From assembly GCF_009914755.1 (NCBI RefSeq), contig NC_060944.1: DNA of 64,000 nt; one strand, given 5' to 3'. Positions 52,001-64,000 of the stretch are shown here, piece after piece. The translations under genes and the position numbers were made by a program. A model generated the notes under the pieces. That model did not search any database, had not been told where the DNA came from, and saw nothing but the letters and a program-made list of their open reading frames with translations. Positions within the stretch are counted from its first letter, which is position 1; the number at the start of each line of letters is the position of its first letter. This stretch comes from the human T2T-CHM13v2.0 reference genome, Homo sapiens.

Positions 52001-53659
52001 GGAAAGGAGGTAAATGGGAAGAAAATGGTTTGGGCAACAGGGTCAGGGGAAGATGTGTTACTGCTAGTGAGAGCTGAGGAGGCAAGGTGAGGCTTCAGAA
52101 AGAGGATGTGTGATGTTCAACTTGAAGTCATGGGCATTGCTGGGATATGAAGCTCATATCTCTCCGACTAAAGCCTCAGCTGAAACTTGGAAGTAAACAT
52201 GAGAATACAACCCCCTCAGAATTCTCAGAAATGTTGGGGATGGACATTGGGTTTTCCCATAGGATGGGGAGTAGGGAACAGAGCAAATTTTATTTAAATC
52301 TTCAAAGACAGAATGAACTTGGCTAACATCTAGGTTATAGTAATCTAACAAATGATAACATTAAGACTTGGAGAAAGTAAAGGAACTGGCTCAGGGCAAC
52401 ACAGTGAGTAAGTACCAAGGCTACAATTTGAACTCAGGTCTCTTGACCCCAGGTTTCTTTTTTACTGTTACCCCTACCATTCTGGTGGGGACAGAAACAG
52501 AGACACAGCCCCTTGCAAAGTCAGACCTGAGGCTGGCTGAGATGCAGGTTGGGTATTTTGCATATTTTGCTGGTGTGTTAGGCTGTGTTTTCACAAGCCC
52601 AGACTAAAAATGGGGATATTAGGAGTTGCTATTTGCCCTAGAGGCACAATGGCAGCAAGAGACATCTCTGAAATAGCACCCTGCTTTTCTCCTGGGAGAA
52701 TGAGGAGCTTGCCTCTCTCACTTCCATGGGAATCCATCACAGCCCCCATTATCCTTGCACTCAGGCACCCTCACCTTTCCAAAAGGCTTTGCATCCCTGA
52801 TCTCTCAGGCTTTCCACAGTGGGAGCCCCAGAACAGAGCAACTCAGCTTTTATGTAAGTTGTGGACTCTTATTTGTTTTAAAGGAAAGAAACATCCTTGT
52901 ATGCTCCATACACCAGGTGCCATAGCACATTCATAGGTCTCAGGGGTTAGGATGTGGACATCTTTGGTGGGGCCATGATTCTGGCTACCACACAGCCCCA
53001 CCCTTTGGCTGGCGTGCAGGATCTCCTGAGCTCTCTAAACAGTATGGTGAGTGTGGCATGACTGCAAGGAGGGCTTCTTTCTGGTGTCTTTCTGGTGGTC
53101 CGTAGAGACCACAAAGATGGAAAAGATCTTGTCAATGCTGTTGGATGTGGTTGAAAATGTTCTTTCTGCTGAGTCTGAGAAGTGACAGCATGCTTTGCTG
53201 GCTGGCGTGGTTCTAGGATTTTACCCCACAAATCTGACCACAGACATTTGGAGTCCTAAAGAGTTAGAAAAATCTGTAAGGTTGAATGCAAAAGTTTGAA
53301 TGCCTTTATTTTGAGCCCTCATTGATCATAATTACCTTTGAACAGCAACCACTGCAGAGAATGAAAGAAAATTTGGGGCTGACTAAATGAAGTAGTGTAA
53401 GATTCTGAGCAGGGGCAGATTTGGCCAGCAGTGCAAAAAAAATAAGGCCCTGTGAGAGCTTACACCCTCTTCTTATTTTGCTGCAGCTTACAGGTAGCCC
53501 TGCCCAATCCCCAACGTACGCTCTTATGGTTCCCAGGCAAACCACAGGAGATGGCATCGGTCCTCTCAGGAGTGACCTAGCAATGCTCAGGTCCTAAGGC
53601 AGACCTGTCCATGTTGCCAGGCTGGGCTAGCTTGGAGGCTGCCTTGGCATGAGCATGCA

Positions 53660-53845
53660 GGCAGACAGATGCTGACGCCGCTTCAAAGAACCGCCCCTCC
53701 AGGTGCTGAGGGCGGCTTTTCTGATGCTCATCCTGTGTCATTGTTTATTTTCATAAGGCGCCCAGCTGCTGCGGTGATGATATTTATATCAATAAGTGCT
53801 CTATTCATCTGCCGGTTTCAGGGAATGCTTGCCAGCTGCATATGG
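53660..53845. promoter_or_regulatory. Candidate intronic enhancer (E-box/SOX/FOX/TCF cluster)
   Basis: Apparently non-repetitive; 7 CpGs and six CANNTG motifs in ~180 bp, plus CATTGTTTAT and TTCAAAG. Confidence 0.4.
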
Positions 53846-54321
53846 CAGCCAACCTCAGGGTACTTCTGAGCCTGATGTTTTTGCATTTAGAGAATCAGTT
53901 CTCAAACTCTGTACCAACATCTGGGCCTGAAAGATTCTTCATTCACCCAGGACCCACCCTGAAAGGGGGAGCTATAGCCAATGACCTTGACCTTTGTTTC
54001 AAAGGTTTATATGTCCCGAAGTGAAGTTCTTTGAAAGTCATCCTCTGTGCCTGAGCTCTGGTTTTGCAGAAAGGGATGTTGAAAAACAGAAGAGCAAACA
54101 GGGTTTTGCAGGCCAGACTTCACGCCCAGGCTCATGAGCTGAGTTCATTCTTTTATTTCTTCAGCCAAAAGCGTAGGGTGGTGATGCCTTCAGACTCCAA
54201 AACTCTGCAGGGAATGTTCCAGAACTCTCTGTTTTATGAGAATTCATTTATTTTTATAGTTATCTCAGTTTCTAACCTTCTATTGCTCAGGCCCCAATCA
54301 TTGACATTATCCTTCATTCCT

Positions 54322-54916
54322 CTTTCTTTTTTTGACAGGGTCTTACTCTGTCGCCCTAGGCTAGAGTACTGTGGTGTGATCACAGTTCTCCACAGCTTTG
54401 ATCTCCTGGGCTCAAGTGATCCTCCTGCCTCAGCCTCCCAAGTAGCTAGGATTACAGGCATGGACCACCATGCCCAGTTCATTTAAAATTATTTTGTAGG
54501 ACTGGGTGCAGTGGCTCATGCCTATAACCCCAGCACTTTGGGAGGCCAAGATCAGCAGATCACCTGAGATCAGGAGATCAAGACCAGTCTGGCCAACATT
54601 GGGAAACCCCATCTCTACTAAACATACAAAAATTAGCTGGCTGTGGTGGCTCACCCCTGTAATCCCAGCTACTTGGGAGGCTGAGGCAGGAGAATCGCTT
54701 GAACCCAGGAGGCGGCAGAGTTGAGATCGCGCCACTGCACTCCAGCCTGGGCGACAGAGTGAGACTCCATCTCAAAATAAAAATTCTTTTGTAGAGACAG
54801 GGTGTCACTGTGTTGTCCAGGATGGTCTTTAACTCGTGGCCTCAACTCCTGACCTCAAGTGATCCTGCTTCCTTGGCTTCTCAAAGTGCTAGGTAAGATT
54901 ACAGGCATGCCTGGCC
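54322..54916 (-). mobile_element. AluJ (-) split by an AluS (+) at 54500-54779
   Basis: Inner Alu flanked by TSD aaaatt(a/c)ttttgtag; the outer Alu resumes at gtagagacagggtgtcac. Confidence 0.88.
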
Positions 54917-54919
54917 CTT

Positions 54920-57600
54920 GATTCCTCTTTCTCTCTCTTATTCCATAGTCAATCTCTCTGGATGTGTTGTTGGCTTTACCTTCAGAATCTACCCCCCAGT
55001 TCAACCAACCTCACCTGCCACCTGAATTATCACAGTAGTCTCTTGTCTGTTCTCTCTGCTTCCATTTCAGAAACCACTCTTCCCCATCCTTGCACCAACA
55101 ATCTATTCTCAACACAGCAGCCAGAGGGATGCTTTTATTAAAAAAGGCAAATTATGTTGCTCCTCTGCTTCAAACATGTGCATGGCTCTCTGTTTCTCTG
55201 AGAGTGAAAGCCCAAGTTCTTCTATGTCTTCCATGGCCCTCTGACCTCACCTTCTGCTGCTTTCCCCACAGTTGTGCTGCTCTGCCCATGGCCTCTGTGC
55301 TGTTCCTCAAGGGCACCAGGTGCATGCCTACCCTGCAGCCTGGGTGCAGGTGTTCCCTCTGCCTGTGATGCCCCCCTGAGAGTCACATGGCTCACTCTCT
55401 CACCTCCTTCACGTCTGTGTTCAAATGTGTTCTTCTCCATAGGGCCCACCTTGACAATCCTATTGCAATGACATTCTATGTCCCAGATCCAACGTTCTGA
55501 TCTTTACTACCCTGCCTTCTTGTTTGCCTTTTTCCAAACACTCGTGTCAGCCTTCTAACTTATAATTGAGCACATTAGAGAATGTGTGTTGCTTATTATC
55601 TGTCTCCTGCTTTAGAAGAGAAGTTGCATGAGAGATGGCAATTTTTTTTTATGCCTCGCTTTGTCTGTGTTGCTCAGTGATGCATTCCAAGCACCTAGAA
55701 TAGCTTCCAGCAAATAGCAGATGCCCAACAAATATGGGTTGCCTGAATCAATAGACTCTCTCCGGAACGTCTCTCACAGGCACATCCCAAGGTGCACTCA
55801 ATTTCATCCCCTGTTCATCTGCTCTTCTCGCTGCCTTCCCCTACCTTCCTGACTTTCATATTTTCCCCAGTTATATCCCCAGTTGCCTAATTGCCCAGAC
55901 TCAACTTCCTGCCATTATCTGCAACTTTCCTTCTTATTCACCTCCCACCTGCACCTGCTCCCTAAACCTTGGGGACTTAAGTCTGGAAATGTTTTCACGT
56001 CCAATTCCAGTCCTCTCACCTCCTGGCCACTTCTGCAGTTCAGATAACTACCTTTATTGTCTACACATTTGCAACATTCTCCTCCCCGGTCTCCTGGTTT
56101 CCAGGTCTTTCCTCCGGCCTTTTACCTGCACTGATCCCCAGACCTGGCTTTCTTTTTATTCTTACCCTTTTTTTGCAATTTTTATTTTTTTTATTTTTTA
56201 AGAGATGGGGTCAGCCAGATGTGGTTGCTCACGCCTGTAATCCCAGCACTTCAGGAGGCCGAGGCAGGGGGAACACTTGAGGTCAAGAGTTTGAGACCAG
56301 CCTGGCCAATATGGTGAAACCCCATCTCTACTAAAAATACAAAAATTAGTCGGGCATGTTGGCACACGCCTGTAATCCCAGCTACATGGGAGGCTGAGGC
56401 ATGAGAATCACTTGAACCTGGGAGGCGGAGGTTGCAGTCAGCCAAGATCGCACCACTGTTACTCCAGTCGGGATGACACAGTAAGAGTCAGTAAAAAAAA
56501 AATGGGTTCTTGCACTGTCACCCAGGCTGGAATGCAGTGGTGGGATCATAGCTCACTTGAGCCTTGCAGTGCTCAAGCAATCCTCCCGCCTCAGCCTCCT
56601 GAGTAACTGGGACTATAGACACATGGCACCATGCCTGGCTAATTAAAAAAATTTTTTTTTTTTTTTTTGTAGAGACAGGGTCTCATGGTGTTGCCCAGGC
56701 TGGGCTTGAACTCTTGGCCTCCCAAAGTGCTGGGATTACAGGCATGAGCCACCATGCCCAGCCTCTAGACCCATCTTTCTAACAGGAACCCTGGCTGTGT
56801 TATACCACTGTCAACCCTCCAGTGTTTCACCTTCCTGCACAGAAAGTATTTCTAACTGTGCTCCTCCAAACTCCAGTGGTCCCACAAAGGACTGACCCCT
56901 CTAAGGGCACCAGGAGAAAATGAGACAGCAGTGTGGGTGGAAGCCCAACCCCTGCCTACTGCTTCATCATGAGCAGCTTTTGGTCATCCCTATTTCATAC
57001 ATTGGGCTTGCATGAAAGCTTTTATTCATAGAAAGGATTCTGTCGCTTACAAAGTAAAAGTCTGAAGCTTGCTATGCTGCCAACCAAGACCCAAGCTCCT
57101 TAGCCTGGCACAGGGACCTCTCTGCAAGCTGGGCTCTGCTGCATTTTTCAGCCTCACTACATTCTTCTCCTCCTGATATTCCTCTAGGTCCCAGCCACAC
57201 TGGAACATAAACTGTTCCGCAAATAAGTCTGTGTATATTCATCCCCTGCCTCGCCTTTGCCTCTGCTGTTCCCTCTGCCTGAAATGCCTTTTCCCAGTGA
57301 GTTCAGCCTCCATATGCCTAAAGCTCCTCTGCCTTCTTCAAGGCCAAAGTCACCTTCTTTTTGAAGTCTTCCCTCACCCTCTGGGCAGAATTAATTGCTC
57401 CCTGCTCCTGGCCAACACAGCACTTCACTGCTGACCTCTATTATAACACAGCCACATGAGGTTGGGACAATGTGCTCATCTGTCTCTGGAGCAAGACCAT
57501 GCGCTTTTGGAGGGCTGAAACTATAGCTCAGGTCTGTTTAAAAAATTTTTAAATTCCCATCCAAGGCCTGCACAAGGCCAGCTCTCATATGGGAATTCAA
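54920..57600 (+). mobile_element. L2 LINE fragments, interrupted by Alus and a probable DNA-transposon relic
   Basis: ggctttaccttcagaat...tctattctcaacacagcagccagagggatgctttt...ttccctctgcctg...ttatctgtctcc...cacctagaa. Confidence 0.75.
56178..56763 (-). mobile_element. AluJ (-) split by an AluSx-like Alu (+) at 56213-56502
   Basis: Outer Alu tail ...tttaagagatggggtc, then the inner sense Alu, then the outer resumes atgggttcttgcactgtcacccagg. Confidence 0.88.
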
Positions 57601-58284
57601 TGTTACTTTAAGTTTTATTTAAGGCAGTGAAAGGATAGGTTTTTAAAAATCTGAAGGACCATTCTCAGCTCTTCCACCCCAGAATGGCTGCCCTGGCATA
57701 GAAACTGTTCCAAGATACACGTCCTGTGTCCTGAGTATGGGGATATGCTGTAGGCACGTGATGCTTGGAGCTATCAGAACAGAGGGGCTAAGGCAGGAAG
57801 CCTGCCGGGGAACAAAGGTCAACCGTGAGGAACTGGGGCTTGGTGGGGTGGTCAGTGGGTAATGTGTCCAAGGTTCAAGTCCCAGGCTCTGTCTGTACAG
57901 GCTGCATTGCAGAGGGGGAAGGGAGGTGAGTGTGGCCGGGCATCTGGGTATTTTTCAGGGCTGCAGGTGCTCAGTGCTGGGGGAGGAAGCCTCCTGGCTC
58001 TGCAAGATCTGTGTGATTTGGAGCAAGACAATAATCAATGCTTGTGAGATGGAGCAACAGAGTCTGGTCCCGGGTGGGGAGTTGGACAAAGCCCATAGGC
58101 AGGGGGAGTCTTTGCTGGAGGTCTGGGGGGTGACAGGACCCTCTGTAGGTAGCAGAATGGCTTGTCTGATGCTCGTGGCCAGACACTGCTTATTACAAGA
58201 CAGCTGGCTGGGGCAGATGTGGCAGGCACCGGCTGTCAAGGGATCTCCCTCCAGGTTTAGAGCATGGCCCCCCTGACCCACCTA

Positions 58285-58470
<186 letters not shown>

Positions 58471-59030
58471 TTACACATCCATCAGTGATATTCTGATGAT
58501 GATGAGGCCTGGACTGAGGCCAGAGGCTCCAGAGCCTGCCAAATAGATTATACAAAACACCTGCCTGTTCTTTTATCTCTCCACGCCCTGGCGGCAAAGG
58601 GGACCTTCTCATAATGAACACAATCTCCTCCAAACTAAGACATTTCATTAGGAAAGTGTCACTGGGATGGGATTATCCAAATAAATTATTTATGCCTCGG
58701 AGCTCAGCAAATAATCATAATTACAATACGAAATGAAAGATTTCAGATGCAGATTTGTTGCTCTACTGGTCAAGACACCTCTTGGGATATAAGGGATTGG
58801 CCGCATCCCTGTGGCCACGATGCTGGGCGAGGTTTTGGGTCGGCCTGAGGCCGAGATTCTCCCAAAGGGGCAGGCTCCCTTCTGCCTCCAGGCTGGAGTG
58901 AGGGGCTGAGTTGCCCTGGCAAGGTGGGCACTGTGTCATGTGAGTCAATGGGGCAGTGGAAAGTACACATGCATTATTAATAGTCCGGTAGACCTGGGGT
59001 TCAAGTACAGCTTTACCACTTGTAAGTTAT

Positions 59031-59091
59031 GAGTCATCCATCTGTCCATCCATTTGCCCATTTATTCATTCATCCATTCATCCATTCATTC
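59031..59091 (+). repeat. (CATC/CATT)n simple repeat (L2 tail-like)
   Basis: Seen directly. Confidence 0.75.
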
Positions 59092-59430
59092 AAACTTTGT
59101 AGAGTGCTTTTTTTTTGGCGGGGTGGGTGCTAAATACTGGCAAGTTATTAGATGATTCCAAAGCTCATGTTCTTCACCTGGAAAACGGAAATCATAAATC
59201 CAAAGGAATGATGTCACACAGATTGAATGAGATTTACGTGTGAAAAGGCCAGCAAACAAGAGCCGGAATGTAAGCCTACTGGCAGGGCAGAAACACCCCT
59301 GACTTTGTTTTACGTCCTTGGCACTGGTATTGTCGCTGGCACATGCTAGACAGTGCCACTCCAGTGAATAAAACAATAAATTCAGTCCCGTGTTGCAGAT
59401 AGGGAAACAGAGGCCCAGAGAAAATGGCCT

Positions 59431-59460
59431 GGGCGGGGGGGGGGGGGGGGGGTGGGGTGG
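59431..59460 (+). repeat. Poly-G tract (G18) / G-quadruplex-forming sequence
   Basis: GGGC-G18-T-GGGG-T-GG. Confidence 0.92.
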
Positions 59461-59859
59461 TCTGGCAGCTTCATCCAGGGCCCTATTTATTTTCTCCCCA
59501 CCCTGAAGTCATGTATTTGAAAAGATTGGGAAGATTCTCCACTTCATCAGTGGCTCATGTGCTTGATATGTTTTCTCAAGAGATGATGATGGTTTCTGTG
59601 GGAGTTACAGCTGTTTTCAGTGCAGTTACAAGCAAGAGGGAAGAGGGCAAAGACCCTGGAAAAAGCAGGACAAAGCCTTGCAAACATGGATATCATGCGT
59701 GCATTGGCTGGGGGGGCCCTTCTTCCGAGGGCCTTTTCCTGGCCAGTAGAATGTTCAGAAGAGGGGTCTGGGTGGGCATAGGCAAATAATTTATTTTCCA
59801 AAAGCCAAACTCTCTAGCTGTAGACAGCATCAACTTTGAGCCATTTCCAGACATGGAAA

Positions 59860-60070
59860 AACATTGAGGCTTTGAGAGTTAACAGACTTGGGGCTCCAAT
59901 CCTTGGCTCCCATTTCTGAGCTACTTGACCTTGAGCAAGTGATGAATGAAAATACTCTGACCCCGAGGACCTCATCAGAAAATGGGGATGAGAATACCCA
60001 CATGCAAAATGGGACAGTGCAAGTCCAGGGCCCGACATGGTGCCCAACACTCAGTGAATGTTAGTTTTCT
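59860..60070 (+). mobile_element. MIR SINE
   Basis: aggctttgagag...cagacttggg...gaccttgagcaagtga...ctcatcagaaaatggggatgagaata. Confidence 0.7.
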
Positions 60071-61988
60071 TTTCTTTTTCCCTGTCTCTGTGATAAACGC
60101 TCTATTAGGCCAGCACGCCTGACAAAGCCTTATCTGAAAATATGTTCGAGATCCGTGCTCCTGCCGGGTTTCAGGGATCAGCCGGCAATCCATTTCATGG
60201 ATAACATCATCCTTTACCAGGGGAAACATTAAAAATTAACCCAGAGGACTTCATATTTTTCTGCTAGGAGCAAAGCTGCTATGGTTACCAGATAATGCAC
60301 TGACTGGGCTGGAATACAGATAAGGACGACTTTTTTTTGTTTTTAATATCAGAAAGGCAAAGGCCCCAGTGATGGCTCACAGGAGAAATGCCCTGTGGAC
60401 AAAGAGAATACAATCAGCATCAGAGCTTGGCAGAAGGCATTTGACTCCAGGCAGTATCTAACCTATTAAGTAGAGGCCAGGAGCTTATTTGATCTTTGCC
60501 TGGATGAGGAAGGCAGGGAGGGGGTGTTGGGAGAAGTGGGAGACAAAGCTAGGAGGAAATTGGAAGTATGGGCGCACCCCTAGGCTCCATTTCTCATCAC
60601 ACTCACACACATAATGCACACCTACATGCACACATACACATACATGCGCTCATTGACTTTAGAAGGCTCTAAGCTATAAGCTAATGCCAAAGGTCTTCTC
60701 TCCACCTCTAGCTACTTGCTATGACCAAGCCAAGACTCCCTGATTCTGAACCCAGAGCTAGGGTTTTTACAGAGGATATGGGCACTCTGTGGACAGAGGC
60801 CAGGGCAGGCCCCTAGAGAGCTGGGATAGGCATTGACCTTCCATCATCACCCTCCTGCCTCTAACACCCAGACCCTTGGGAGAAACTTCAAGAGGATTAG
60901 AGGTCAGAGAAGTTGTTGGCCTTGACCCCAGGAGAAAGCATCCCATGTTTCTGTCTATTCTGAGTGAGATAGGAGGGCCACATGGGCTAGATGGATGTGA
61001 ACTCAGATGGGCTGGGGAGGGGAAGCTGGAAGGGCTCATTATATCAGGCAATGGTGTTCTTGGTTTTGAGCCTCAGGAGGTGAGATGTTTGCCTCTTATT
61101 GGATCCACCAAATTGCAGGGAGGCTCAAGAAATGAATTCCAGAGTGTGACCCAGGAGCTCTGTGTGTGGGCTGTGCCACTAGCTCCCTGGGTGACCTTGA
61201 GCAAGTCTCTTTCTCTGTCTGGCCTCTGTTTTCTCTGCTGAAAAGTGCATGGCTGGTAGTAGATGGTCCATAGTTCCTTCCTACTGCAAACACCTGTACA
61301 CCTTGGAGGGGAAGTGATGATAATCAGAAGTATCCGAAAAACGCAGGGGAGAAGCTTAGGCTCGCTGGACCAGGAACATGACCCTAATCCCAAACCAGGG
61401 TAGGGTGAAGCCCCTTCCTGGACCTGATGACAAGAAAGTGGGGGGCAGTGGCCCTCACAGGACAGCCAGGAACACAGCCCGCTTCCACCCCATGCTTGTT
61501 TTACTGCTTCCCACTACTTTCCCAATAACCATTTACTGAGCCCCTACTGTGCGCCATCCTCATTTTTGTCTCTGCTCAGGAGTTATCTGGAACCTTCATG
61601 GGAGCTACCAGAGGGCAGAACCTGTGTCTGCACCGTCTTGTGTTCCCACGCTCAGGCCAAGGCCCAGCACAGAAAATACCTGCTTTACTAAACTTCAGGC
61701 TGAGAGTCGGCTCTGTGGGGAATGGAAGAGGTTGCTAGGCAGGCCTGTAGACTTGCCATGGTGACATGGGAGCCACCTTACGCTTCTGGTCTATTCTTTC
61801 CAGGCTCTTTGTATGAGAAAAGGAGCCAAGAGCCCACCTTGTGTCTAGGTTTGGACCAGAGCCTGCAGGGGAACAAAGGTCCTTGGGACTAGTAGATCAG
61901 AAGCAGGGGGGGCTGGCTGGTGGGGTCAGGGCCCTGAGGTCCAGCCACCTCCACCTCAGGAAGAATATTTGCCCTAGAATGCCAGCTA

Positions 61989-62399
<411 letters not shown>

Positions 62400-63345
62400 T
62401 CAAAACGCCAAGGCTGCAGAAGCAGCGCATCCACACACAGGCTCAGACACAGCCTCATAGTACCTGCCAACCAGATGAACTAAGTCGTTCAGCTCAGCCA
62501 GTGCTGCTTTAAAGGGTGGGCCAGCCAGGAGGGCATACAGAGGGGTGGGGGTAGGGAATCCCTACTGAGGGCTAAACATCACTTGCGTTGTCATGGAATG
62601 GGGGAAATGATTTACCAGCCCTCTTCTCAGAGAGAAAGCTGTCTGAGTATGGAAGGATGCCTAGATGACCTGCTCAGGATAGATGAGAGACCTCCGAGGG
62701 GCAAACCCTAACAGGTCTGGGAAATTGCTGTGTTTGGACTTTGCCGAGTACATCTTGCAAGTTTGAGGCCAGAGCTGAACTGCTCTAGCCAATGGACTAG
62801 ATGTTACGTGCAATGACCAGTGTTCTGTACCCTCCATCCTTCCCTCATTCAGCTCTCTGTCTCTACTTCAGATCAATAATGGCTATTTGTTTTAGGGATT
62901 GCTAAGGTATTGGCCTGCCTGGGATATCTGCCCGTGGAACAATGGGCCTGGCATTTGCCCACTGACTTGAAGCAAGACCTGGAGCTTCCTTGCTTTCTCA
63001 TACCTGGTTCTCAGCTCCTGTTGCCCAGGTGTAATTCTGACACTGGTCTTGGGATAAAGGGCTGGACTCTGGCTTTATCTTACTTAGTGATTCATGTCCA
63101 GGCTCCCTAGACCAATCAATGTTGCCACAGCTCTGACCGCATGGGCTTCCAGGTGTGGATCTGGTATACCTGAGCTATGTTCTAGGACAGTACTTCTCAA
63201 AGTTTAACATGCATACAAATCACTCAGAGATCTTGTTAACTTGCAGGCTCTCATTCACTATGTCTGGGCCAGGTCCGAGATTCTGCATTTATAACAAGTT
63301 CCCAGGTGAAGCCAATGCTGCTGGTCTCCAGACTGCAGGTTTTAA

Positions 63346-63588
<243 letters not shown>

Positions 63589-63919
63589 TAGCAGTAAGAG
63601 TCTACTGAAAAATTACTGAGAGGACCTGAGTCCCTCCAGAGATGAAGGAGCATGAAATTCACACCTGTTTGTATAAATTTGTCTCCATTCACAACTTGGA
63701 CTAGAACTGAATAAGACCTCAGTTAAAAAACATATTCACAGTTAAAGACAAGTACCAGCAATCCCTGAGTGAGTGTGTAGTTGCTCATGGCTGTGCATTT
63801 TGTGTTCTGGAATAGATTCTGCAGCTTCCTAGAGAAGCAGACACTGAAAGTGCATAGATCAGTTGTCCCAAAGAAAACCCCACAAATGTGCACATAGCCA
63901 CTGAAGTTGGTTGGGTTAC

Positions 63920-64000
63920 TGTTACGGACTAAATGTTTTCATCCCTCCCAAAATCCATGTCGTAATCTTAGCCCCCAATGTGATGGTATTAGGAGGTTGG
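63920..64000 (+). mobile_element. MLT1A-like MaLR LTR 5' end (runs off the window)
   Basis: tgttacggactaaatgtt...cccaaaatccatgt...ccccaatgtgatggtattaggagg. Confidence 0.75.

Overview
This is human/primate genomic DNA (Alu-, MIR-, L2- and MaLR-rich) containing the 3' end of the receptor tyrosine phosphatase gene PTPRT (RPTP-rho, R2B family) on the minus strand. Six GT-AG coding exons (62016-62189, 58309-58440, 45629-45754, 44583-44746, 41783-41918, 40780-40833) splice in frame and encode the membrane-distal D2 pseudo-phosphatase domain, ending ...YEVALEYLSSF*. An Alu-free 3' UTR of about 8.1 kb follows, with tandem AATAAA signals at 32923-32928 and 32687-32692. Positions 1 to about 32650 are downstream sequence rich in interspersed repeats; I found no credible gene there. 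I see no convincing new biological system, and nearly all ORFs in the supplied track are chance or repeat-derived. The leads most worth checking are: (1) a stop-start pair of downstream ORFs (19 aa + 247 aa) just after the stop codon; (2) a possible stop-free 306-nt circRNA from two phase-0 exons flanked by inverted Alus; (3) a C-terminal PDZ-type motif; (4) repeated miRNA seed sites and alternative polyadenylation in the UTR; (5) a 70-bp 96%-identical dispersed duplication; (6) a young L1PA2 stub; (7) several nested or inverted transposon structures; (8) an E-box-dense intronic enhancer candidate. Repeat subfamily names come from recalled consensus sequences, and repeat boundaries are approximate.
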